From positions 1-63,614 of IMG/VR virus record IMGVR_UViG_3300028027_000062: 63,614 nt of DNA; one strand, 5' to 3'. Shown in pieces: positions 26,985 to 39,200 of the stretch. Source of the stretch: a virus. Lineage: Duplodnaviria > Caudoviricetes. Every line of letters begins with the position of its first letter. Position 1 is the first letter of the stretch. The notes below the pieces were generated by a model that was given only the letters and a program-made list of their open reading frames with translations, made no database searches and was not told where the DNA came from. A program made the position numbers and the translations under genes.

Positions 26985-28573
26985 TGAAATATGTATCTGG
27001 TGCTAAAAGCGTAAAACAATATAGAGGGGATGAGAATCTTCCAGAAGCTAAAAATGGTATGAAAAACTGTGGATGTAAACACCCTAAAAGTAAATATAGA
27101 TATGGTACTAATGCATTAGCTATTCCAGAAGGTTCTGCTATTGTTACTGCTAATGATGGTAAAAATATACAAGCTCTTAAAGCTTATAAGAAAGGTAACT
27201 ATAAACTTTTAAATAAGATTATAGATGATATGCCTGAAGATAATGTTGATAATAAAGCTCAAGATGGTAAAAGAGCTACTAAAGGTAAAAAAATTACAGG
27301 CAAAATTCAAGATAAACAAGTTGCTCCTAATGAAACTTTTAGCGAAGAATCTGCACTTGGGTATGATCCAAGTTATGGTCAAGAAATGAATGAAGATAAA
27401 GCTAAAGAACTTTATGGTTTAAGTTTGTCAGATTTAATTAAAAAAAGAAATACAGGGCAACTTCCTAAAGTTAGTTTTGATTTAGAAGTAGAAAGAAGAA
27501 ATGCTGTAGCTAATAATCAAGAAGAATTTACATATAAAGGTAAACTTTATCTTTCTGGATTAAAAAAACAAAATACTAAAGGTGGTACTACCCCTACACC
27601 AAATACAGTACCGATACCCCCTGCTAAAACTCCTCCAGAAGATGAATATGAGGATGTTGATACAGATACTATTAAAGCTGAAAAGCCTATAATGTCAACT
27701 GGTGAAACTAATGCTATTGGAGGAGTAATTGGACAAGGAGTTCCTAAAGGACCAAGAGAATCTTATCTAAAGTTAGATAGATATAATTATGCTTCTCAAC
27801 TTCCTAAAACTTTACAAGAAATTGCTCTTGCTGAACAGGGAGGTAAAAATACTGCTAGAGATATTGTAGGAGGAGATGCTGGTAGATATCTTGCACAAGC
27901 AGGTTCTTTATCTGGTGCTAGAATGAAAGCTAATAATGAAGCTGTTATTAATGATACTCTTGCTAGACAAGATATTCTTAATAAGAATGTGGATCTTTCT
28001 AATACTGAAGCAACTACTAATAGAAGTCTTAAAGATTATTATGATGATATTAAAAGACAAAATGTTAATGACTATAATGCACTTTTAGTTAAGGGAGGAC
28101 AATCATTTGATGAAAGTTTTGATAACTATCAAAAAATGAAAAGTGAAAATGAATTAAAAGCTCAAGAACTTCAGTTACTTAAAGAAGCTAGTCCTAACTA
28201 TACTATGGTTAAAGATCCTAAAACAGGAGTAATGAAATCTGTTTATAGGTATAAAAAAGTAAATAAAACTCCAGGAGCAACAACAACTGGAACAACAGCA
28301 CCAGCAACTACTGGAGCATCTTCTGCTAGTGCAGGTGCAACTCCTGTTGCTCCAACAAATTCTAGTGTAACTCCTGTTAATCCTAATGCAGCTCCAAGTA
28401 CTAACTCATTTAATACACAATTACAAAATTATGGAACTGAGGCTGGAAAATTACAAGAAAAACTAACACCTAAAGGTACTAAGTTTCAAAGCTTTTTTAA
28501 TAAATTAGAATTAGATCCTTTTGGTAGTAAAAAAGTAGGAACTAAAAAACTTAAAACATACAAGAGAAAATAA
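26984..28573 (+). CDS. Cargo/ejection protein
   Basis: 529 aa. Motif copies YVSGA, AKNGM, YRYGT, AQDGK and terminal KKVGT; helical Ala/Asn/Gln-rich core; Thr/Ala/Pro linker. Confidence 0.75.
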   Translation: MKYVSGAKSVKQYRGDENLPEAKNGMKNCGCKHPKSKYRYGTNALAIPEGSAIVTANDGKNIQALKAYKKGNYKLLNKIIDDMPEDNVDNKAQDGKRATKGKKITGKIQDKQVAPNETFSEESALGYDPSYGQEMNEDKAKELYGLSLSDLIKKRNTGQLPKVSFDLEVERRNAVANNQEEFTYKGKLYLSGLKKQNTKGGTTPTPNTVPIPPAKTPPEDEYEDVDTDTIKAEKPIMSTGETNAIGGVIGQGVPKGPRESYLKLDRYNYASQLPKTLQEIALAEQGGKNTARDIVGGDAGRYLAQAGSLSGARMKANNEAVINDTLARQDILNKNVDLSNTEATTNRSLKDYYDDIKRQNVNDYNALLVKGGQSFDESFDNYQKMKSENELKAQELQLLKEASPNYTMVKDPKTGVMKSVYRYKKVNKTPGATTTGTTAPATTGASSASAGATPVAPTNSSVTPVNPNAAPSTNSFNTQLQNYGTEAGKLQEKLTPKGTKFQSFFNKLELDPFGSKKVGTKKLKTYKRK

Positions 28574-28574
28574 T

Positions 28575-30221
28575 ATGGCAACTAATCCAGTATTGAATAT
28601 TCCAATTAGGCAAAGACAAAGTACTAATGTACCATTGCCTTTTGCAGAAATGTATGCTGTTCTTCAAGATAAACAGAAAAGGTATGATGATGCTGAAAAG
28701 TATGAAAGAGAACAGAAATTACAAATTTCTAAATTATCTTCTCCAATTGTAGGTTATAATAATTATTTAACTCAAAAGAAACAACAGTTTTTAGATGATG
28801 CTTTAAAACTACACTCTAGTGTACCTGACAAAGGAACTTCAGAATATCAAAGAAAATTAAATAACCTTATAGATGGATGGAGTATGGACCCTAATATCCA
28901 AACTATTGATAAATCCAATCAACAATGGTCTGAAAGATTAGACATAATGAAACAATTAATTACTACTGGTAAATATTCTGCTAATCAAGATATAGATAAA
29001 GATTTTACAGGAGTAGATGCAAATGGTAATATTATGCAGTATACCTTTTTAGGTGTAAAACCTAAACCAGATTATATGGCTGCACTTAAGAATTCTGCAG
29101 AACTTGTTCTACCAGACAATAGAGTAAGCTCATATGTTGATAGAAAAAAAAATAAAAAAATTACTACAACATATACAGGTAAAGACCCTTCCAAAATAGA
29201 AAATGAAATAAAAGCAGCAATAACTCCTGAGATGAAGAGTGAAATTATGTATGATCATAAACTTCCAAATGATAAAGCTTATGATATGTGGATAAAAGCA
29301 CAAGCTAATGGTTTATCTAATCCTAATGTTTCTAAAGTAGAAGAAGAAGACTTTACTGCGGCAACTTTTGATTTACATAGACAACAACTAGAATTACAAA
29401 AACAAGAACTTGCTTTAGAAAAACAAAAAGCTGCAGCTGCTGCCGGTGGTGTTTTTTCAGGTACAGAAACATCCTCTGTTAATGTCCCAAGTACTGGATG
29501 GACTGAGAGTGCAGCTAGTAGTATTAATGATGATGGTACTATTAACCCTGGGTTTTGGGGTAATGAAGAAAGTGTTAAAGAAGATAATCCTATTCTAGTG
29601 GATATTGCAAAAAATAATATTCTTACTAATGCTTGGAGAAAGAAGAATGGTCTTGCACTAATACCTTTAGAAGAAATGTATAAGAGGTATAAAAATTCTG
29701 CATATCAAGCTGTAGCTAAAACTTATGTTAATACTAATAGTAAAGATATTGATGATGCTTATGATCTTCTTATGACAAGAAAAGGAGATGCAGAAATATG
29801 GGATATTACTAGTGGACAAGCTAATAAACTTGTAGAAGAAGATGATAGAAAAGCAGCTCTTATTGCATTTGATAATCCAGATAAAAAAGTTGGTAAATCA
29901 TCTTTCTCAGGAAAATTTGATCCTGCTAATCCTTATGGTCCTAGAGCATATGAGGTAACTGTTGGTGATAAAAAATATGTACTCTCAATTCCAACAACTG
30001 CAGATTATCAAGGAGCAATGGCTTCACAAGAAAATAAAGTATATAAAGGTTTTAGTAATTACAGTCCTGTAACTTTTAATCCTGGAGAATATCAAGAAGT
30101 AATTAGAACAAGTACTGGTGAGTTAAAACCAGGAAAAAGATATGATGTTCCTGTAGATGTTTACTTTCCTGATCCAGATAATATGTATAATAGAATAGTA
30201 GTTACTAAAAAGAAGAAATAA
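28575..30221 (+). CDS. Internal virion (cargo/ejection) protein
   Basis: PLPFAEM...QKRYD N-terminus; directly upstream of the giant RNAP gene. Confidence 0.7.
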   Translation: MATNPVLNIPIRQRQSTNVPLPFAEMYAVLQDKQKRYDDAEKYEREQKLQISKLSSPIVGYNNYLTQKKQQFLDDALKLHSSVPDKGTSEYQRKLNNLIDGWSMDPNIQTIDKSNQQWSERLDIMKQLITTGKYSANQDIDKDFTGVDANGNIMQYTFLGVKPKPDYMAALKNSAELVLPDNRVSSYVDRKKNKKITTTYTGKDPSKIENEIKAAITPEMKSEIMYDHKLPNDKAYDMWIKAQANGLSNPNVSKVEEEDFTAATFDLHRQQLELQKQELALEKQKAAAAAGGVFSGTETSSVNVPSTGWTESAASSINDDGTINPGFWGNEESVKEDNPILVDIAKNNILTNAWRKKNGLALIPLEEMYKRYKNSAYQAVAKTYVNTNSKDIDDAYDLLMTRKGDAEIWDITSGQANKLVEEDDRKAALIAFDNPDKKVGKSSFSGKFDPANPYGPRAYEVTVGDKKYVLSIPTTADYQGAMASQENKVYKGFSNYSPVTFNPGEYQEVIRTSTGELKPGKRYDVPVDVYFPDPDNMYNRIVVTKKKK

Positions 30222-30226
30222 AAAAT

Positions 30227-30234
30227 TATATTTG
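30227..30234 (+). promoter_or_regulatory. Bacteroidota-type -7 element (TATATTTG) just before the RNAP gene
   Basis: Consensus match in a 17-nt intergenic gap. It would give a near-leaderless mRNA. Confidence 0.5.
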
Positions 30235-30238
30235 CTAA

Positions 30239-33200
30239 ATGAAAAAAATAGAAGAAAACACTCCAAATATTATGTTTGGAAGTACTCCCGTTAGAAGTAC
30301 TCCAGTAAACCCTATTGGATTTGGTTCTTCAAGATCCAAATATGATTTTAACTTAAATAGTAATCTTGAAGAACAAAGAGCTGCTAATCAAGGTTTTTGG
30401 GATTCTGCAGGAAATATAACTCTTAGATTAGTAGGAAGAGCAGGTATGTCTGCTTTAGAGACTGGAGCAATGCTTGGTTATGGATTACCTAAGGCTATTG
30501 TAACAGGAGATTTAAATTCTGTTTTTGATAATGAATTAACTGATGGCTTTAAAAAATTAGATAAAGTTCTTACTGATAATTCTCCATTTTATCAAAGTGA
30601 AGCTGAAAGAAAAGCTCCTTTATTTTCAAAAACATATCTTACTTCTACAAACTTTTGGGGTAACTTGATTGGTGAAGGTGGTGGATTTGTTGCAGGTGCA
30701 ATGCTTGGTGGAGGAATGATTGGTAAAACAATGGGAACTGCTAATAGATTAGCTAAATCTGCAGGAATTATTGCTAGTGATGGTGAGAAAATAGCTGAAG
30801 TAGCTAGTGCAATTAAAAGTCAAGGAAATATTCTTGATAAATTCTTAAACCTTGCTAAAAGTACTTCTGCTAAAAATGCCTCTCAATATTATACTCAAAA
30901 AATTGGAGGAAATATGTATGAAGCTGGTGTAGAAGCTAGAGGTATTAAAGATGAAATTATTAGACAAAAAGAAGAAAAATTTAGAAAAGACAATCCTGAT
31001 GTAATTATTCCTGAGTATTTAAAAGCTGAGTGGGAAAATATGGCATCTACCTATGCTAATGTAGGGTTTGGATTAAATATGGCTCTTCTTATGATTGATG
31101 GTTTCAATATGAGTAAATTCTTTAAAGGATATACTTCTACAAATAGAACTGTTAATGCTTTAAAAAAAGGAGGACAATATATTGAGAAAGGTAAATATGG
31201 AAGATTTGCTGATGCAACAAAAGCTTTCTTAGGAGGTCCTCTCTCAGAAGCAGCACAGGAAGGTGGACAGTTTCTTACTGAAAAAACTCTTTCTGATATT
31301 GCATCAAAAGATACTCAAAATTCTAAACAAAGTTTTAATGATTATTTCATGTCTACTATGAAAGGTCTTGAGGAAACTTTTGGTAGTAAAGAAGGTCAGG
31401 AGTCTATGCTTGCAGGGTTTTTATTAGGAGCTCCTTTTAATATTAGACAAGCTATTGAGACAGGAAAACTTGATAGAGAAGGTATTAATGCTTTACAAAA
31501 GTTTTCTGGGAATACTGTGTTTAAGAATACTCTTAAACTTAATATGGAAGCCTATGATAAAAATGTAGGTGCTGAAAAAGATGAAGCAGCTTTAAATAAT
31601 TCTAAACTTCTTCATGAAAATATTAAAAGAAGTGAGTGGTTTGCATATGTTAAAAATAGAGATGATGCTGGTAGATTTGATGATGTACTAGATGATATTT
31701 ATAGAGAAAAAACTATGCCTCTTGATGTATTTAAACAAGTACATGGGGATCATTTTACAGAAGAAAAAAGACAACTTACTCTTAATGAACTTGAGAAACA
31801 AGCTAAATATTATAAAACTGTAAGTGATACAGTTAATAGTTCTTTTACCTCACACCCTAATAAAGATGCTTTAATTCAAACTTCTGTAAATATTAATAAC
31901 TACTCAGAAAGAATTGCTGAACTACAAGGAAAATTAACTAATACAAAACTTCCTTCAATTGTTAGAGATCAACTTAAAACAGATTTAGAAACTTTATTGC
32001 AAACAAGAGCTGCAGAAGAAATTAAACTTTCTAATTATCTTACAATGAAAGAAATGCAATCTTCTGAAGCTATTCCTCAAGATAAAAATACTAGTATTGA
32101 AAAAGTTTCAGTTGATGGTATTGAAGGAGTTATTGAAAGAAGAAATGAGAGTACTGAAGACAATCCTGAACCTTCTCTTGTAATTAGTACCTCAGCTGGA
32201 CAAATAACTGTTCCTGAGAAAGATTTAGATAATAATCTTTCTGATGAAGAAAATAATTTTGAAGAATCTGAGTATGATGATTTTGGAGGAGATATAACAC
32301 CTGATGTTGCTAAGAGTGAAGGTAAAGGTGCTAAATGGATGGTTCTTAATCCTAATGACCCTGAAGCAAACTGGATGAACTTTGGAGACATGGGTCTTAA
32401 AGATTATAGAGAACAAGCTAATAATATTTCTGAGAAAAATAAAGGTTCTGAGTTGCATAAATCTTTAATTCTAAATGCTGATAAAGCAGATGCTATTAAA
32501 GATGATATTATTGATAACAATACTGCTTATGATTTTATTTATAAAAAACAAATTATAAATGGAAAAACTCAATATAACATTTTTGCTAAAAAAGGTAATA
32601 CAGAAACTAAGATTGGTTATATATTAAATTTTGATACTACAAAAGCATCAATGAGTGATATGAGTATCAATGATTATTTGGATACTTATATGAAGGGGAC
32701 AACTCCTAATGTTGAGCAGAAAAAAGGAGTAATATCAAGAATTAGAAGTGCTGATCAAAAACTAAAATCTTCTAATACTGAGAATGTAAATAATGCTGTT
32801 ACCCTTGGAACTAGAATTAAAAATTCTGGAATTCCATCTACTCTTGCAAACGTACTTAGTAGTCCATTTAAGAACAGATGGATGGTTAATGGAGAACTTG
32901 TAATAGTTAAATATCAAAAAGGTAATTATGTACCTATTACTAAACTCTCAGATGAGAATAAAAAACTCCTTCTTGAGCAACTACAAAAACCATCTAATGC
33001 TGCTTTTCTTGGTAGTCAATATGCAGTCTTAGTTAAGAGACCTAGTAAAGATGAAAACCAATATTCTTTTATTGGATTTAGAGGTACAGAAATAAGTAAA
33101 TCAGAAAAAAATTCATTCATTAAAAAAATGAATGATCCTAATGTAGATAAGCAAACTCTTGTTAAAGAAATGAATGAGAGAATGTTTATTACCAGTAATA

Positions 33201-36200
33201 AAACATTTAGTGTTTATGATTCTAATGGTCAAAGAGTAGCTGATACACACTTATTTTTTGATACTGATTTTAAAGGTAATGTAGTTATTAGAAGAGAACC
33301 TAAACTAATTGATGGTGTAAAAAATCCTACTCAATTAGCAAGAAGACAAAGTAAAGCAATTACAGATCCAGATAGAATTGCATCTTATATTAATATGCAT
33401 GGTTATGAAAGAATTTCTGGAGAGAATGCTAATAGTATAGATTATGTAAGTGATAGAGTTCAAACTTTAGCAGATCCTTCTATATGGAGATCTTTCTTTA
33501 AATTTTCTCACAATATTTATGGAGAAAAACCAAAAAGTGTAAATAATACTTTTCCTTCTAATACTCCAACACAAGATGAAGAAACTGAAAAAGCTGCACA
33601 AGTTTATACTAAAAATGGAATAACTGCTAAAATTTATTCTAAATACACAGTTGAGGAAAAAGGTACTGAAGATAATAAATTTAATTTAGGATCAGTATCT
33701 TTTACAGCTACTCGCTCAGATAAACCTGATAATATTTTAGAAGGAGATTCTATAGGATATGTTTATGATGATGAGAGAGGAAACTATCTTAATAACTTTG
33801 TTGCAGATTATGATAAACTTCTTGAGGATGTTGTTGATGAACTCAATACTTCTGATAATAATATAAATTTAAATAAACTAACTGAGATAAGAGTTATAAG
33901 AGAATTTGGATATTTTAGCACTTCAGAAAATAAAAACATTCAGTATATTGATGTTGTTATAAGCGATAGTGATGGTAAATCAATAAAAGGTGCAGTCTCA
34001 ATTGAGAAAAGAAAGTTTCTTCCTTCAAGTATCTCACTTCCAAATACTACCAAATTTTCTCCAGCTATACAAAATAAAATTGATGAGATTAAAAAGAATG
34101 CATCTTTTATTGTCTTAGATAAAAGTAAAAAGTTTTATACAAATACTAAAACTGGAAAACAACTTAGAAGAGTTACAGATTTTATCTCTGATGAAGAAGA
34201 GTCTTCTGATTGGTTTGAGAGTGCTAGTACTATAGGTACAAAAAGTGATTTACTTGTAAGAGACTTTTTTGATAATAATCTTAGACCTCTCTCTAATTAT
34301 GATGTAGCTCCTGATAAAGAAATAAATACTTTTCTTTCTCAACTGGATACTTTAAGAAAATTTTTTGAGAAGAGTAATGAAACTGTTATTGCTAATGATA
34401 TTGTTCTTTATGATGAGAAGCTTGGAGTTGCTGGAACAGTAGATTTGCTTACTGTAGATTCTAATGGAAACTTTAGAATTTATGATATGAAGACAATGAG
34501 AGGAGATAATTTTATGACTCAAATTGTACCATATACTACTACAGATAAACAATTAAGTCCGGTAAGTAAGTATGAGTTTAAGGGTTATTATGATCAAGAT
34601 AAAGCTCAGTATATAAGAGATTTAAGTAAAGACTCTAAACTTGAGAAACATCAAAAACAACTATCTATGTATAGATTGTTATTGAATAATACTCATGGTA
34701 TACTTGCTAAAAGAATTGCTGTAATTCCTATTGAGGTTGATTATAATAAAGGAGATAGAAGTACTAAGAAACTTAATTTGTTACCTTTAAAAGATTTAGC
34801 TCCTATTGATAATATTAAGGATGCTGTTCTTACTCAACAAATTACTCCTTCTACTTCTCAAGAACTTCCTGTTAATCCTACACAAGGTACTGCTCCAGCA
34901 ACTGATTTTTTTAATAATCTTCCTTCTGATCCAGATACTCAAGTAAATCCATCTAGTGGATTTAAGCCAGGAGATGTTGATGATTATTTAGTAGATACTT
35001 ACTTTGAGGAAGTTAATAAAGAAATTAAACAAATTATTAATGTTGAAGTAAAACTTGAGGATATGAGGGATTCTATGGGAAGACCTCTAAACTATGGAAG
35101 ATTTGAGAATGCAGTAGTATATCTTGCTTCTAAAGCTCCTAAAGGTACATTATGGCATGAAGGATTTCACGCAGTATTTAGTATTCTTCCAGAGAATGAG
35201 AAGAGTAGAGTACTTAAGATTGCATTTGATAAGTTAGGTGTAACAGATCTTGATGTTCAAAATCTTAGAAAAATCTATGAAGAAAGGGGTTACCCAAATC
35301 TTACAGAAAAGTTTCTTGTAGAGAAAGCTCTTGAGGAAAAAATAGCAGATTTGTTTCAAGAACATATGAATGGTAGACCTACAACTATTCTTGGAAGATT
35401 CTTTAAAATGCTTGAAGATTTAATTAATTATCTTTTTGGTAAAACTAATGATCCTGTATTTAAAGCTTTCTTTAAAGAAATTGAGGGAGGTAAGTATAGA
35501 CATGTTAGTCCAACAGGAGAAGTCGTCTCATTTAAAACAATTCCTTATGCTACAAGTATTGAGAGTGATAAACTTATGAATTTACTTACAGCTCAATATT
35601 TAAATAGAAAATCTACAGATCCAGATTCTCTTTATGATTTTATTCAATCTAGATTAGATGATATTAGAAGAGGATATAATGTAAAAATTAGAAATGAGTA
35701 TGCAGATAAACTTTCTAATATTGAACAACAAAAAGAAAACAACTTTCTTTCTCAAGAAGATTATAATTCTGAAATTGGAAGATTACAATCAGAAATTAAT
35801 TCAAAGTACATTAATAAAGATGGATTAGTATATCCTAAATTTCTTGCTGAAAAATATGAGAAAAACATCATCAATCAAACTATTCAATATGCTGACTTTA
35901 AGAAAATTTATGAGGAGGGTAATGAGGATGATCAGGATGAAAGAACAAAAAGTTTCTCTGAGAGTGAGTTTGATAAAGCTGTACATGCTACTCCTGCTGG
36001 ACAAGCAGTTAAAGCAAAGTTTAAAACTATTATGATTGATGATCCCTATTTTAGGGAAATACCAATTAATACTTATGGTATTTTTAATAATCTTCTTTTT
36101 AACTTAAATGGAGTTAGTAAAGATGATATTGAGAGTAAACTTCAAAGTTTAGTATCTAATAGTGTTTTTGGTAGAAGTATAAAAGCTATTCTTGCAGAAT

Positions 36201-39200
36201 ATAAAACTGATGAAACTTTTAGAGCACAAATGCAAACAGCATTTGATAGAATATATGCTAATGCTTATAAGGTAGTAAGTACTCAAGATACTGTTAAAAA
36301 TCAAAATTTTGCAAAACTAGAAAATGGTGATGACCATATTAAACAGCAAATGGAAGATTGGAAAGGAGAAAATCTTGCTAATAGAAAACCAACTATTAAG
36401 ATTGTGGATAGTAACTCATTGCTTGAGAATCTTGGTATTACAATTACTGAAGATGCTATGAAGAATGAAGAAGTAGCTAAAGATCTCAGTGATCTTGCTG
36501 ACTATCTAATGTTTAATGTTAGTGGAAGTATTAATCCATTCTCTGATGAAAGAGCTAAAACTTTAATGCAAAAAATTGCCAACATTAATATACAAACAAG
36601 AGATGATTTAGGAGAACTAAACTTTAAGAATGCTGAAGGTAAACCACAAAGTTCTATCATTAACTCTTCTTATATTTTTAGACAACTAGATGTAGTAAAT
36701 AATAAATACCTTGGTAAAATGAAAGGACAATGGGGTATTTATGTTGGTAGTAAATTTGGTTCTAAGACTACTGATTATAATCATATAGATCCTAAAACTT
36801 ACTTCATCTCAAACCTTGCTCTTTATAGAGATATTAAAGGTCCTATGTTTGTACTTCAACAACCCTCAGATAAGAGTACTATTCCACTTGTAAGAGGTAA
36901 GAAGTTTAGTATTGAAGAAGTTCCTTCTATTATGATTGAGGAAAAAGTAAGACAAGATGCTCTCATTCAAAAAAACTATCAAGATATTCTTGATGCTCTT
37001 TCTAAAGATGAAAGTGCTCTTAAGAACTTAATTAAGGATTATCATTATGTTTCTGTTAATGGAGAAAATATTAGAACTAGTGTTCAAAAAGCTAAAAAAG
37101 CTTATGAAGAAGTATTATCTGGAAAAGTAACAAGAGCAGATAAAAATGTTCCAAGAGGTTTTAGATATTACAATTTACCTAATGCCAATGAGATAAAAGG
37201 TGACTATACTTTAAATATGGCTGAAGAGTACTTAGGTAAAATGCTTGAGAATGATTTAAGACTTACTAAAAAATTAATGAGTACTTATGGTTTATCTGAG
37301 GGAGATATTAAAAGAATTGGAGTTAAGAATACTAAAACATTTTTAGATGAGTTTCTCTTAAATCAATATGTTAATAGAATGATTTTGCTTTCTGAGATTT
37401 CTCCAGATCTTGGTCAATTTAAAAACTTTACAGATATTACTAAAAGAGGAGCTGGATTGATGGCATCAGGACCTAATTATTATAGTCCTGGAAAAAATAA
37501 TGAATTTAAGTTTTCTATTATTCCTGATAGAAAGAAAACATTTACTTCTTCTGTAAAAGTAGATGATGATGCTGAAACACTTGATGCTCAAGGATTTGAG
37601 TTAGCTGAGGAGCGTTTAAATAGACTTGAGAGACATGGTAGAGTTAGTAAAACTTCATCTCTTAACAATGATATTTATGATCAACTTTATCAAGATTATA
37701 TTACTATTCAAGCATTTATTGATGATGATAGAGAACTCATCAGAGATCTTGAGAATAAGAATGCTCCTTTGAATGTTGATAAGACTGTAGGTTATGGTAA
37801 AGATTACTACATTAAGACTTCTGTTAAAGTATTAACAAGATATTTTTCTTCTGATGTTGTTTCTCAAGGAGCTACAAGGGTTATTAATAAAGTTAAATAT
37901 ACTGCTCAGCAAGATACTAATAATGGTAAATGGTATCTTCCAATACATGGTAGAGAGTTTGAGTGGAATCTTATTAATGAGATGCAACAAAAAGGTATCT
38001 CAGCAGCTTTTGCAGAATCTGCAGTTAAGAAAGGTGTTAGGAATGTAGCTGATTATAATCAAGGAGATAATCCTGGAACTCTATCTTTAATTGGAAATAG
38101 TATGAGTTATATGGATTATCGTCTACAACAAGAAAATAAATCTAGTAAAGAAAAAGTAGTTGATGGTTCTCAGAGTATTCAATTGATTGATAGTAACTTA
38201 CCATTAGATACAAAATTACCAGATGGTAGAACAGTAAAAAAAGTTAGAGAAGAAAATGATATACTTATTTCTAAAATTAAAGACTATCAAAAGAATGTAT
38301 ACTTAAATGGTATGGATAACTTTAAAGTTGGAGATAAGAAGTATTCAGCATTTGTTAATTATATTACTTCATCTTTAAGTACTTCTGGTTCTACAGATAG
38401 AATTCTTGAGTTTTTTGAGGGAGATGGTGAAGGAGGATTTAGATTCTCATCTTCATTACCTATGATTGAGGAGAAATTTGAGGAACTTTTAATGGCATAC
38501 TTTAATAATAACATTGCTAAACATAAAGTTCCTGGAGATAAGTTTACTCTTTCTTCTTCAGAGTTTTATAGAAAAATTACTGATAAAGATGGTAATGTTC
38601 TTACAACTTATGAATATAATGATCTTACTGAAAAAGAAAAATCAGAACTTGTAGTTAGTGATCTTTCTGCACCTAATAAAACTTCTACTTATGCAGAGAT
38701 TGTTGTAAGTGAGCAATATCTTGATCAACTTGGAATTACTATTGAAGACTGGATAAGAATGAAAAAAGCTGATTCTGAATCTAGAGAAGGTCAAATATTT
38801 GAGAAGATATCTACCTTTATGGGTTACAGGATTCCTACACAAGCTCACCACTCTATGCTTCCTTGTAAAATTGTAGACTTTATGCCTAGAGAATTTGGAA
38901 GTACTATTGTACTTCCTGCAGAAGTAACAAAGTTATCTGGAGCTGATTATGACGTGGATAGTTTGTTTGTACATAGATATTCTGTTTATAAAGATTCTGA
39001 GGGCAACTTACAACTAGAAGATGATAGTATTGAAGCTATTGATAATTCTGCACTTAAGAATCCTCTTGTTAAAGAACTTCTCAAAGTTTATAAAGAAGAA
39101 GAGAAAAGAGCTATTAGAAAAGAAATTAATAAAGCTTATAGAAAAATAGGAGAGCTTAAGGAGGAAAGAGCTTCTGGTAAAAATATTGGTGGACAACTTA

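Noticed and set aside
28265-28410. Repetitive-looking caacaac/ctcctgtt DNA
   Set aside because: It encodes a Thr/Ala/Pro low-complexity linker within gp26984; not an independent repeat element.
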